Shown piece by piece: positions 12,874 through 26,514 of a DNA stretch of 64,000 nt. A program made the translations under genes and the position numbers. A model generated the notes under the pieces. That model saw only the letters and a program-made list of their open reading frames with translations. It was not told where the DNA came from and did not search any database. The stretch is from Octopus sinensis. Its lineage: Eukaryota. The stretch is taken from NCBI RefSeq assembly GCF_006345805.1, contig NC_043009.1:22444001-22508000 (forward strand), written 5' to 3'. Position 1 is the stretch's first letter; every line of letters begins with the position of its first letter.

Positions 12874-13385
12874 GTGAAGACGCAATGGCCCAGTGATTAG
12901 GGCAACGGACATGCGGTCATAGGAACATGGTTTCGATTCTCAGGCCGGGCATTGCGAGTGTTTATTGAGCAAAAACACCTAAATCTCCATGAGGATCCGG
13001 CAGGGGGGGGGGGTGAACCCTGCTGTACTCTTTCACTACAACTTTCTCTCACTCTTTCTTCCTCTTTCTGTTGTACCTGTATTTCAAAGGGCCAGCCTTG
13101 TCACACTCTGTGTCATGCTGAATTTCCCCAAGAACTACGTTAAGGGTACACGTGTCTGTGAAATGCTTAGCCACTTGCACATTAATAAATGAGCTGTGAC
13201 GTCACTGGTACCAAGCTGTATTGGCCTTTGCCTTTCCCTTGGATAACATTGGTAGCATGGAGAGGGGAGGCCGGTATGCATGGGCGACTGCTGGTCTTCC
13301 ATAAACAACCTTGCCCAGACTTGTGCCTCGGGGGGGTAACTTTCTAGGTGCAATCCCATGGTCATTCATGACCGAAGTGGGTCAC
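12874..13385 (+). mobile_element. Composite tRNA-SINE: family E 5' part joined to family D 3' part
   Basis: A-box TGGCCCAGTGATTAGG and B-box GGTTTCGATTCTC. 12874-13195 matches ~40060-40365, and 13195-13385 matches the 3' half of 7741-8000. Confidence 0.7.
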
Positions 13386-13661
13386 AACACACAATACATA
13401 TATATATGCATACTTTTTGATAAAACTGCAAAATTTTCGCAAAACTTACTCAGAATTTCATGTTTCCATTCGCCATTCGTTGGACAGTTGTGTATTTATC
13501 ACAACTGTCTGATGGATGGGAACATGAAACTCTGAATAACAATACTATGATAATCAGTGCAGCTTTAATAAAAAGTATATTACTTTACCTTTGGTATTCA
13601 AGTATTTTATCACCTTGTTTTGCACTTATGAGCATGTGTGTGTGTGTGTATATATATTTAA

Positions 13662-13890
13662 GGCGGCATTAGCAGACTCGTTAGTACACCGGGCGAAATG
13701 GTTAGCGGTATTTCGTCTGTCGTTATGTTCTGAGTTCAAATTCCGCCGAGGTCAACTTTACCTTTCATCCTTTCGGGGTCGATAAATAAAGTACCAGTTT
13801 CGCACTGGGGTCGATGTAATCGACTTAATCCCTTTGTCTGTCCTTGTTTGTCCCCTCTATGTTTAGCCCCTTGTGGGCAATAAAGAAATA
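13662..13890 (+). mobile_element. SINE family B, full length
   Basis: GGCGGCATTAGCAGACTCGTTAG head, GAGTTCAAATTCC B-box, central CCTTTCATCCTTTCGGGGTCGATAAAT block and AATAAAGAAATA tail. Confidence 0.85.
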
Positions 13891-14582
13891 TATATATCAT
13901 CATCATCATTATTGTTTAATATGCTGGCATGGGTTGGATGGTTTGACTGAGGACTGGCAAGCCAGGAGGCTGCACCAAGCTTCAATATCATCTGGCAAGA
14001 TTTCTGCAGTTGGACGCCCTTCCCAACGCCAACCACTCCAAGAGTGTAGTGGGTGCTTTTTACATGCCAATGGTATGGGAGCCAGTCAGGTGGCACTGGC
14101 ATGGACCACACTCAAATAGTGCTTTTTGGTGCCACTGGCATGGGAGCCAATCAGTGTGACACTGGCATTTGACCATGCTCAAATGGTGCTTTTTATGTGC
14201 CACTGGCACTGGGGCCAGTCAGGCGGCACAGGGATCAACCATATATGGACTCCCATCTATTGTAACTTTCAAATAATAATGACACTCCGCTGGCCAGGCA
14301 AGCAAGCAAATATATATATGTACATACATATATATACAGTTGTAATAATGAAGCCATGACTTGATGCTAGTACAAACTAACTAGTGTTGACACCAGTTAT
14401 GCAAGATACTTTAACAATGATTTCAACTCAAGTTGAAAATTCTGGTACCATTCACTGCTTCTTGGCATATCACAAACTACACATGCACATATATGCACTA
14501 GGTGGATATATCGTATATTTGTGTATCATACCTATATATGTGCATTGTAGTTAATTTTTTAAGCAGTTACCTGTATGACGTT

Positions 14583-14812
14583 TTAACCTTTCCATTATCA
14601 TATTTTTGTTGAAAAACACTGCATTTACTTCAATTAATTTTGAAAATAACAAAGAATTTATTAAAACAATTTTGTCATGATTGAGCTGATAGTTTAAATA
14701 TAAATTAACATGAAATTTTGATGGAAGGATTTAATTCAGATCTCTTTAAAACAGAGAATTTGCATTACAGAACCAAGAGCAATTTCAGGCAGGTTGGAAC
14801 CAAAAGGTATTG
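14583..14812 (+). mobile_element. piggyBac-type MITE family 1, degenerate
   Basis: Similar to 8406-8634 along its length. Confidence 0.7.
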
Positions 14813-16368
14813 AGGTATGTATCATTCAAGGTTCACCATATGACTGTATCTGCAATGTTCTAGGTAAGGTCTTTTGTATTGAAAACCAGTGGCTGGCTAT
14901 GCATGCCACTATATCCATGCCACTCATGGCATTCAGGGATCAAGATGGGCTGATGCAGTCTGGTACAAATGTCATCACAGATGTCCCTGTCAGAATGCAG
15001 AAGGACGGAAACGATGCCACAAAGTCAATTTGTCTGATGCAAAAACCATTCCACCACCTCACCACCTGGGGGCTTGTATTATATTTATCGACCCTTAAAA
15101 AGGATAGAAGGTAAAGTTGCCTTGGGCTGGATTTGAACTCAGAGTACAGAGTGCCAGAAGAAAGTGTGCAATGCTTCATTATATCTACTGCCATACTGAT
15201 CCAGTCAAACTGCCACCTTTTTGACATATATAGGTTTGCTTGATTACAGGTGATCTATGGCTACACAGCAACAGAAACATCAACCAGAGAAATGTAAGAC
15301 TAACCAAATATGTTCAATTTAAATAGATAAATAATGATATATAATATTATTATTTATATAAAAACATTAATATTAATAATATAAAATATGTTGTATTCAT
15401 ATTATTATTCATAATAAATAACAAATATTAATCTAATTATTAAATTTGTTTCAAATGGAAACGCAATTTTAAGAAAGAACCACTTTTTTTGGTTACTTTC
15501 TTTCTTTTCCTGCTTATTTCTTATCTAAATCTTATCATTTCATATTTCATTTATTTATTTCACTTCCTGTTTTATTACGTTAGACTTCTAACTAACACGA
15601 TTATTTCATTTGGCAACATCTTTCAAAATTCTTTCTTAGAAGACAAAAAAAAAAAGTGAAGAGAAATAAGGAAGGAAACTTGATTTAATAATGATGATGA
15701 TGATGATGGTTAAAATAATAAGAATGTATATCAGCAATTCTCCACCAACCTACCCACCATTATTCAAATATTTACACCTTGCAAGATAAAAAGAAAAAGA
15801 AAGAAAAAAAAACAAAAGAAAAATATAAATATATATTCCATTTGTTATATCAAAAGATAAAGAAAAAAATGAGAAAAATAAATAAGTAAATATAATAAAT
15901 AAAACTTGCTAATTTATCTAAAGGTACATTAACGATAAGAAAATAAATGAATGTATAAAAAAATAAAACATAAGTCTTTGATGAATCTTATTGGGATGGA
16001 AGTATGGATTGGAGGGGTGTGGAGCAGGGAGGGAGAGTCTGTAGGAATGAATAAAATATCTGATGGATAAACCTGTTTACCTCTTTGAAGTGCCATGGTT
16101 GTTGTTGCCTGCAAGTCTGTTAGACTTGAATTAGAATAAAGTCTGAATGAAGTCATGTCGTTGCAGCAATTTGCAGTTACAACAACAACAAGAATTTCTT
16201 TTGTACTACTACAACTACTAGTAATAATGACGATTTAAAATTTTGGCACAAGGCCAGCAATTTGGGGGGAGAGGAGATGAATCAATTACATTGCATCCGG
16301 TGTTCAGTTAGTATTATTTTATTGACCCTGAAAGGATGAAATGCAAAGCTGACTTCAGCAGCATTTGA

Positions 16369-16401
<33 letters not shown>

Positions 16402-16404
<3 letters not shown>

Positions 16405-16930
16405 GATCTTAACTGATTGGAAGTGTTCTCATGTACATTGTTTTGTCTTGATATGGGCTACAGCAAATATTCTGCTCAATACCACAGATTTGCTTGTCAG
16501 TTGTTTGACCGTAGCCAGTTGAGCATGTCCCTTAGTGGCTGACGATATGTGCATCTCTGACCACGAGCAGAAGTAGCGGGGGAGCATCATAGCCATGTGT
16601 TGAAAGGAATTCTTGGAGGTTTGAATAATTCACCTCTGGAAACATGGGTGGTTAGTTCAACATCCTTAAACAACCCTTATTCAGGGACCTTTTGAGCGGG
16701 ATGAGCTACTTGACCAGAAGAAAATTCTAACTGGGCTCCACCTGCAAGGTCATGTGCTGTTTATCTTGATATGAGATTACCATGTCACGCACATATGGTT
16801 GTGATGCATGTGCCTGGTGTATCCTTATCAGACAGGTAGTCGTGATGGGTATACTGGGCTTTGTATATTTTACCCCAGTGTCACTTTGATGGCATGCACT
16901 GCTCTCTCACTCAGTAATAATAATAATAAT
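16402..16930 (+). mobile_element. Probable LINE-derived 3' UTR fragment ending in (AAT)n
   Basis: GC-richer block between two (AAT)n tracts, ending CTCTCTCACTCAGTAATAATAAT. Family not verified. Confidence 0.45.
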
Positions 16931-17963
16931 AAACAGCAACAATAAAATAAATAAGAAGAATCTGTATAAGAGTGTGAAGCTGTTTGGTTGTGGAATCATC
17001 ATTCAGAGTGACATAGTGTGATGTTATCTTCATTTATCAAATTGAGATAACAATTGGAGATATTGACAATGGCAAGGAGAAGATGATTCTATGATAAAAG
17101 TAAGGACAAGAAGCTGGATGTGAGGTTTTTCAGGGTTATTTTTCTTTATGTTTATGTTGCAGAACAATGCCAGAATCATTAACGGTAATCAGCAGTGCAC
17201 CGCTTCTTTTTTAACGAAGCTCAATGGCCATTAAATAAGCTACGTAGACACAAGAACAACAACATCGAGACAACCACCTGAAGAGATTTGAGCTAATATG
17301 AAGGAATGATAAAAGAAGGGGAGAGGGGAGAACGGGGGGGGGGGGTTAATGAGGACGATAAGAAGGCTGAGGAGCAGTGGTAGAAAAGAATAAGCAAAAC
17401 GATGGCAAGAAAAAAAATATAAGAAAAGCACGAACACAGAAACAACAATTTTACTTAAGAAAACACGAATATTTTTTGACATTATTATCATTGGTAGGTG
17501 GTAGTAGTAGTAGTGGTGATGGTGACTACCACCAGCACTACTACTACGACTACTACTACTACTACTACTACTAACAATAATGGTGGTGAGAGTGGCAATA
17601 TTAGTAGTTAAAAATAGTAATTGCAATAAGACTAAAAAAAGAAAAACAAAAAATCCAGAACTGTCTTAGAGTTAGTTATGTAATTACTACTTAGAATTCT
17701 AACAAACATCTTCAGCCATTTAGCAAGACTGGCTGGAATATTTTGCTAAGTACCAAGAACAATAAGGGAGGAGGAGGAGGAGACAGAAAATGTTGGGGAT
17801 GGGCAGGTAGAGAGTCAGAAACCTACCTCCCTGGTGATCAGCATCTATGATAAACACACATTAAAAGCCAACAAGTTAAATACAGAGATCTATATAATCA
17901 CTTCTGTAATGATTTCTCTCACGTGTGTATACACACATGCACAGACATATATATAAACACATA

Positions 17964-18022
<59 letters not shown>

Positions 18023-18649
18023 ATAAATAGCTAAAGAGATCTAGATATTTAACTTACTAATATAGACTATCACCCTTCAAGCACGACGATGACCATCAAT
18101 TGCTTGCAGTTCTGTCTGTCTATATATGTAAAATTGAAATGTGCGTATGCACATGCATGTTTGTGTACATATGTGTAATCTTGCTCTTTATTGCTGGTGA
18201 GTAGACCATGTAAGATTTCTAAGAATGTTTGTATTTTTTATGCGTACATATGCATGAATGTAGACATGTGTATGCATATGCATACACATATAGTTAATAC
18301 ATTCTTTTTTTGTTTAAGATGATAGAATGCAATTTGAATGAAATTTGGCTGGTTGGTTGGTTGGTGTTTCTAGCAGATAAGATACCCATATGAAAGCTCT
18401 CTTGCTGCAAATGCAAAATTTTATGATGATGAAATGGAAATAAATACATTGGTTGATGATCTGTGGATTAATCAAAAGATCACAGCTTGCTTCTTTGTTT
18501 GTTTGGTAGCCTGATAAGTTGAGTAACATACTATATTATGTAATTGCATACTTGACTATATTATGCTTATGTGACAATAATAATCTTAATGAAACAATTA
18601 TAGCAATATCAGATAATCCATTTGCCTATTATTATTATTATATATATAT

Positions 18650-18817
18650 AGGTGCAGGAGTGGCTGTGTGTTAAGTAGCTTGCTTACCAACCTCATGGTT
18701 CTGGGCTCAGTCCCACTGCATGGCACTTCTACTATAGCCTCGGGCCAACAAAAGCCTTGTGAGTGGATTTAGTAGACAGAAACTGAAGGAAGCCCATCGT
18801 ATATATATATCTATATC

Positions 18818-18851
<34 letters not shown>

Positions 18852-18874
18852 TGTGTGTGTGTGTGTGTGTGTGG

Positions 18875-18907
<33 letters not shown>

Positions 18908-19105
18908 TGTGTGTGTGTATGCATTTGTCCCCCTACCATCGCTTGACAACCGATGTTGGTATGTTTAGGTCCCCGTAAGTTAGCAGTTTGGCAAAAAGAC
19001 TGTTATTAGTAGGCTTACAAAGTATAAGTCCTGGGGTTGATTTGTTTGACTAAAGGTGGTGCTCCAGCATGGCTGCAGTCAAATGACTGAAAAGAATAAA
19101 AGAAT
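18650..19105 (+). mobile_element. SINE family A with expanded internal microsatellite
   Basis: Head and tail match 53323-53717; the tail contains the hairpin CAGTC-AAAT-GACTG (19076-19089). Confidence 0.85.
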
Positions 19106-19649
19106 TTATATATAAAAAGCACCCACTACACTCACGGAGTGGTTGGCGTTAGGAAGGGCATCCAGCTGTAGAAACATTGCCAGATAAGACTGGAGCCTGG
19201 TGCAGCCTTCTGGCTTCCCAGATCCCCCGTCGAACCGTCCAACCCATGCTAGCATGGAGAACGGACGTTAAACGATGATGATGATGATATACATACATAT
19301 AGATATATACATATATATCTATACACAACATCTATATACATATATACATACATGCATACAGATATGTGTGTGCTCATTATTATCAGAACATTGTGTAACA
19401 GAATTAGATGAAGCAAATAATGAAACCAAATTTTCATGTGATAACGACTTGACTACATGAACTCCACTGAGAGGGCCTGCAAAGGGACTTGAGAACAACT
19501 CCTCATCAACTGGCTATATTATAAAAAGTAACAAAAAAAAACCCCCAATAAACAATAACATGAGCAGTGCTTCCTATTAATGTTGCTTCACACTGACAGA
19601 ATTTGGAAAAATATTCTTCCAAATGGGAAAAAAAAGGGGAAAGATCTCA

Positions 19650-19878
19650 CTAATGCTTTAGCATTTGAACCAGTCAAATCTTGCCCTAATATTATACCTG
19701 CTTAATGTTCAAAGTGACAAGATCTGGCCTCTCACACTTACCCTACAATGTCATTCCTGAAACTAAATAATCACATCATTGAACTCTCAAAACTATGAGA
19801 TAATGCATGATGATTCTAAACAATATAAATAAATAAGCATCACATTTTGACAGAGTAATCTGAATGCCAAAGGGTTAG
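19650..19878 (+). mobile_element. piggyBac-type MITE family 2
   Basis: Ends GAATGCCAAAGGGTTAG; the interior matches 3385-3543. Confidence 0.7.
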
Positions 19879-19952
19879 TGAGAAACTGGAATAGTTGTTT
19901 TGCTGGTGTACTTGTCAGGTACCTAACCAGAATGACTGACAACAATGTAGAT

Positions 19953-20265
19953 CAGTTGTTCCCAAAGTGGGCAGTATTGCTCCACTGGGGGTGGTGGAAA
20001 GATCCAAGGGGGCGGTGTAGAAAAGTGGTGTGATAATGGGGTAGAGATTCATGGAAAAAGTGGGGCAATAATGGCACAGTGATCTATGTAAAAACAACAA
20101 CATAATGGGTTCATTAGGTTTAAGTTTTATTTGTGAAATACAGTTGCTTTGAATTTGCTTCAGAAAGGGGTCTAGGTTTGTGGTGGTTAGTTGGGGTGGG
20201 GGATGCTAGGAATGTGGCCTAGCTGTCAAGGGAGTGGCAACCAGAAAAAACTTTGGGAACCACAG
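19953..20265. mobile_element. hAT-type MITE with 8-bp target-site duplication
   Basis: TIRs CAGTTGTTCCCAAAGT / ACTTTGGGAACCACAG; perfect TSD ATGTAGAT at 19945-19952 and 20266-20273. Confidence 0.9.
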
Positions 20266-20600
20266 ATGTAGATGAAAAGTTTATAATCCTGAAACCTATA
20301 TACGCTAACTGACAACCTCTCCAGAAGCCAGACATAATGGAACTGCATCACTGACCAAGTTGCAGTTGGTGTGACAAAAATGTTTGACACCAAATAATAA
20401 TCGTTTCAGTGAAGTTAACAGTCTCTATGTATTTTTAATTGGCTAAAATGTCTCTTCCGTGTGGTAATTAAAATAGTCGTGTTTACAATATAACACACCT
20501 GCACACAATTTTGTCCACCAAATAATTGGCAAGTATTTGTAAACAATTATCCCATATTGTGTGGGTGTATATATACACACACATGAATTCATAGGTGTGC

Positions 20601-20650
<50 letters not shown>

Positions 20651-21777
20651 TATGCATGAGTAGACCACTGAGGAAAATGAATGTGTATTTCTCATTAGCC
20701 AATGTGTTGCAAATGTAACATACGAGCATCATCATCAACATCATTGTCATGAATCTTGTAATCACCATGAATGCCCATCATCATCATCATCATCATCAGC
20801 AGCAGCATCTTGAATATTATTGTGTAAATTTTGTTCCTAACATTGCAATCATCAAAATTGGTAACAGCAACAGGGTTATCAGTTCCTAAGCCACACCCAC
20901 ATACTTTTTCCTTCACCACCACCACCACCACCACCACATCCTTATCTTCTCCAGCAGCATCACTACCACAACTACCATTAAGATCACTATCTTCAGTTAC
21001 AATTAAAGTACAATTACTCTATGGCAACCAACTGCTTGAAATGAGTTTACAGAATAACCTCACACTCAAACATTCACTCTGGCTCACACTCACTCTCTCT
21101 CTCTCTCTCTCTCTCCCTCCCTCCCCCTCAGTTCATTTATTCATCCATTTCTAATGAACTTCAGATACTGCACCACTTCACCCATGAAATTTTGTTGGAA
21201 AATTGGATCCTATTCATTACCTTTCCAACCGCAAAAAAGATAAGATAAACTGTCCACCACCACTACTACTTTTTCTAGAATAATAATATCAATAGTTATT
21301 TGCAGTAATGCACATCATAATCATATTTTTACTTAATGTTGCCCACAGCTGGTGTTCTACGTGAATGATACTAAGATTCCATTGCGCTGACCTCAGGAGA
21401 AAAATATAAGCCAAACAATGAAAGAATCAGCAGAGTTCCAGGTACTTTTGCATTAAAGAAATTTACTGATTTCAAATCATTCTCCCTAGAATATGCAGCT
21501 TTCTGCATCACTCAAACACTGCCAGTGTAAAGACAAGCATAAACACACACACACACACAGATAACAACTGGTGTGGTTCAAGAAGTTTATTTCACAACCA
21601 TGTGGCTTCGGATTCAGTCCCACTGCATGGCACTTAAGCAAGTGTCTTCTGTAGCTTGGGGCTTTGTGAGTGAATTTTGTAGACAGAAACTAAAAGAAGC
21701 CTGGTGTGTATGTGAGTGGGTGTGTATGCGTGTATGTATGTATGCATATATATATACACACACACATATATATATAT

Positions 21778-22139
21778 ATTGTGAAGTATATTTGTCATCT
21801 AAATGTGGCTAACCCATATGGGTTGAGGCTACTGTAGCTTGTAGTCCCAGGAAGACATCTCCTCCAGCTGGCTATTGACACACTATCTGTGCCTGAGAAT
21901 CATTTCCCATCGCCAACTGGTGGTTGTCACACGCTGATGACAGGTCAATACCCAGAAACTCGGGTCTGTGTGTATCACGTCAGGCTGGAGATGGGAACGA
22001 TGACTTCCCTTTGCAAATACTGATAGGGCACAGAAAGTGTGTTAATAGCCAGCTGGAGATGTCTTCCTGGGACTAAAAGCTACAGTAGCATCAACCCTTA
22101 AGTGTTAGCCACATTTAGGTGGTAAATATACTTCACGAT
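21778..22139 (+). mobile_element. 362-bp foldback element (~115-bp terminal inverted arms) with a central hammerhead
   Basis: 21778-21893 is the near-perfect reverse complement of 22027-22139; inner arms ATCATTTCCCATCGCCAAC / GCTGGAGATGGGAACGAT. Confidence 0.85.
21928..21972 (+). ncRNA. Type I hammerhead ribozyme motif (weak stem II)
   Basis: CACACG CTGATGA CAGG-TCAATA-CCCA GAAAC TCGG GTC|TGTGTG: canonical core, 6-bp stem I and a GUC cleavage triplet. Stem II has only 2 pairs in this copy. Confidence 0.7.
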
Positions 22140-22284
22140 GTTGTGCAGCTACTGTTTATACCTTGCTCAGAGATTTATTATTGCTTATATATATAGTTGA
22201 AATTTACAAAAAAACAAAAGACAATGACAGGTGTATGAACAACAAGCAGGTGTATTAGTTTGACGCTTGGGAAAGTGAGACAGT

Positions 22285-22320
22285 GTTTTACGTTTCGAGC
22301 CTACACTCTTCAACAGAAAG
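22285..22320 (-). ncRNA. Hammerhead-like motif with non-canonical core in a Penelope-like terminal repeat fragment (~22190-22380)
   Basis: Minus strand CTTT CTGTTGAA GAGT-GTAG-GCTC GAAACGTA|AAAC. Confidence 0.4.
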
Positions 22321-22389
22321 GAATAAGGAAAATAAACAGAGAGAGAATAGAAAAACTTGTGGATTTAGTGGTCAAACTATATATATATA

Positions 22390-22427
<38 letters not shown>

Positions 22428-25400
22428 TGTGAGGGAAGAAGGGACAGACAGTTACTTTGACTGAAGTAATCAACAGGTACTTATTTTAACGATGCTGAAA
22501 GTATGAAACATAATGTGAGCCTGGGTAGAATTTGGATTGAGAACTCTGTAAAGATGGATGAAATGCCGCTAAATGTTGCATCCAGCTTGCTGCTTTAATA
22601 ATAATCTCTTTCTAATATAGGCCCAATGGCTGAAATTTGGGGGAAGCAGGAAGGCTAGCTGATTATTTTGACCCTAGTGCTAAACTGGGACATTACTTTA
22701 CAAACCCTGAAGGGCAAAGTTGACCAGGGCAGGATCTGAGATTAGGACATAATGAACCAGAAGAAATGTTGTTCAGCATCTTGTCTGGGTGCACTAACAA
22801 TTCTGCCAGCTCACTGTTTTGATGATGATGATGATGATGATGATAAAGGCAAGAATGTGTGAAATTGTTATTGCAAGGTCTTCAGGCATGAAATTGAACG
22901 TACATGGTAGTATAAGTTTTAGGAATGGTCTTTGAGAGATAAGCCAGACAGATAGAAGAGTGAAGAAGATGAAGAGTGAAAAACGAAGACAAAAACAAAT
23001 GACTTTGCAAGGAGCAGATAGGATAATGAGAAGAATACATCAGATAAATTTCTGTTTTTTAATGGTTTATCAATGGTAAGGTACTGCTGCTTTGTGGGCT
23101 CTTTCAGATCACAAGATTGGAAAGAGGTATGGCTGTGCACTTGGGAAGTTCAATTCCCAGCCACATGGATTTGGGTTTGGTCCCAGAATGAGGCACCTTA
23201 GGCAAGTGTCTTCAACTACAGTGAGTTAGCTAAATGGAAGACCAAAAGAAACCTGTTGTGTGTGTATGACAGGCTTTGCCTTTCCCTTGGATAACATTAA
23301 TGGTGTGGAGAAGGGAGGCTGGTACACATGGGTGACTGCTAGTCTTCCATAAACAACCTTGCCCAAACTTGTGCCTTGGAGGGGAACTTCCTTGGTGCAA
23401 TCTCATGGTCATTCATGACTGAATGGGGTCTTTACACTTTTCACACACACACACACACACGTGTGTATTTGTGTGCATGTGTGTCTTTGTATTTTATCTC
23501 ATGGTTACATGTTTGCTGGCAGTCACAATTATGGGGCCAAATGAAGTGACTCTGTTTGTAGTCTGCTACAAAACATCGCATGTTTTGTGACTTGTAAACA
23601 AAAAGCTCATTCATATGGTGTCAACTGTTTCTAGTTCTCCACATAACCATGTCCAGGTAGTTAGTTGTTCAACTGACTAGGAAATTATAGAGATTCCTTG
23701 GAAACAAGTGTGGCTCAGCACCAGAAAAGGACATCTGGTTGTGGGGAAACTCTGCTCCAATATACTTCCAAGCATGGAAAAGCAAATGTAAAACTGATGA
23801 TGAAGATTAACCTTCAGCATGCTGAAGGTGAAGCATGTCTCTATATGAGTTTTCACCCCTGTAGCTGCACACACATTGAGAGGAGAGAAAACTTGTATGG
23901 TGAAATGATTTGCCTTCAGTACGCTAAAAGTTAAACAGGTATGAAATAATTAAAAACCAAAAGAAGGACTTTTGGCTCCTGAAGTCAATACAAATGGAAA
24001 AGAAATGCCATATTCTCCAACATACAAGTTGAATTTTTCAGATCAAAATTTATAGCCCAAAACATAAAGGTAGGTCAACTTAGATACCAAAATGACTTTG
24101 GAGAACCAAAAACTCCATGTGAAATGCTGCAAGATTTGGAAAGATAGAGATGATGCTTGAATGCTTACACTTCATGTTTACACCATATGCTATGTTGACC
24201 TGTATGCCAGAAAATACAATTATTGTTTCTAACATAAGCATAAGGTCAGAAATTTGGGGAAAGGATATAAATAATTACATTGACCCTGTTACATGACTGG
24301 TACTATATTTTATTGACCATGAAAAGACGAAAATCAAAATTGACCTTGGTTGGGTTTGAACTCAGCAAGCAGAGTGTCAGTATGAATACTGCAATGATTT
24401 AGTAATTCCACTGACTTACTACTTTGGAAAGGAAATAATTAATTAGATAATAATAATTTGCAGTTTTGGCGCACAGCCACACATTTTTGGAGGAAAGGTG
24501 TAATTAAATGAAATCAAGTGCTGAAAGACAATTGACTGGTATTTATCATATTGACTCTCAGACAATTAAAATGTCAAGCCTAACAGCACCCTCTTAACCC
24601 CCTGCCAAACCCTTTGAAACCATAGGGGCACAAGTTTATATTAAACAGCAGAAGCAAGATGGCCCAGTGGAAAAAGTATTGGACCAATTTCTTTAATAGG
24701 ACATAAATTTTCACATATTATGTTATTGTAGATGGAAATCTTTCTAGATAGTACATTGTACCCATTCAGATTTTCAAGAAATATCACACACTGAAGAGCA
24801 GTATTCAGTCCAAAGAGGAATCTGTCTCATGTCTGATGAATAATATGAAATAACAGTGTCTGCTTTGACATGGTTTCTATGGCTGGATGTCCTTCTTAAT
24901 ACCAGCCACTTTACAGAATGTAGTGGGGTTTGGGGTTTTTTTTTTGTGCCACCAGAATTAGTGAGGTTGCTATGCAGCTTCAAGAGTTACTCTGAGTAGG
25001 TGGCTTTATGCTAGGAGACAATACAATAGAAAGGGTCCGAGCAAAACAAGTTTTTAGCAGCAGAGCTACATGACTACTCACATTTTAGAAAAGAAGATGA
25101 CAATAATCAGGTGGAGCTAGAAAGAGATAAAAATAGTGGTCATGGGGTGCCTAGGTGGCCCCCTCAAAGTATGAAGTGATTAGAAGTGATATATATGTAT
25201 ATATATCTTTAATATGTTTCACTCATTAAACTATAGCCATGCCGGGGCACTGCCTTGAAGGATTTAGTTGAACAAATTTACTTCAGGACTTAATATTTTA
25301 AAGCCTGGTACTTAGTCCCTTAGCCTGGAACTTATTCTATCAGTTCCTTTTGCCAAACTATTAAGTTAGGGGGATATAAACAAACCAACACCAGTTGTCA

Positions 25401-26470
25401 AGTGGTGATGGGGGCAAACACACAGACACACATATAAATGATAGGTTTCTTTCAGTTTCCATCTCTCAAATCTGTTTACAAGGCTTTAGTTGGTCCAAGG
25501 CTCTTGTAGAAGTCACTTTGCAAGCAACCTTCATACCACATAGCCACATGTGTCACTATACTGATATGGCTGAGGAGTTACGTAGCCTGTTTCACAACTT
25601 TCTGGTTCAATCCCACTCTAAGGCAAGAGTTTTCCAACAAAGCATTGATTTGACTGAGCAAATGGAATTCAGTAAGTCTGAGAATGTGCAGAAGATCACG
25701 GTATACGTGTGACTGAGTGTGTGTATGTGCACACACAGTGTGTGGATATGTGCATGTGCGCATGTGTACACATGTATATATATGTGTGGGTGTTTGTTTT
25801 GAAAATCATAAACCTTTGAAGCCATGTGGAATAACAGGTCATTTACTTAAAAAATAGATAAGGTTAGCAACAGGAAGGGCATCTGGCTATAAAACACTGC
25901 CTCAGTAATGTATTCATGCAAACCATGGTAGCATAGAAAAAAGAACAAATACACACACATACACACATATACTTGTCATCGTGGTTTTGTGGCATGAAAC
26001 AAAGCCATCCACTCAAGAAAACACATAGTAAATGATTCACAAGCACTCAAGCAAACCGACTCCTCAACTTGTCCCATTTACCAAAAAGTTTTGCAACACA
26101 CCCGCACGCTCCAAGAGACACATTCATGTCCATAGAACACGATTACCATTTTACTTTACTGAACCCTCATTTGTCATTCATGATGAGAGAATCCATGACA
26201 TATATATATACATATATTGACAAGACAAACGTGTATGTCCGTATGATACTTTGTGTCACCTGTCTCAAAACCAATGTTGTTTATGGTGCTGTGTGTCTTT
26301 ATGTCCATCTGTGTAGGAACACAAAAGTACCTGACTGAATTTAGTACTACTGTCTGTCTGTCTGTCTGCCAGTCTCTCTGATGTCAGCAATGATTCAGCC
26401 AATCAGGAGTCCTCTTCATACATGCAGTTACAGACATCAAGAAATATAGCATTATATACATATATATGTA

Positions 26471-26501
<31 letters not shown>

Positions 26502-26514
26502 GCAGGTGATTTAA

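Noticed and set aside
20760-21154. Poly-His/Gln and poly-Thr ORFs
   Set aside because: Derived from (CAT)n, (CAG)n and (CAC)n repeats, with stops nearby in the alternative frames and no support for an exon.
24833-24855. CTGATGA-ATAATAT-GAAAT
   Set aside because: Stem II is not feasible and there is no cleavage triplet or stem I.
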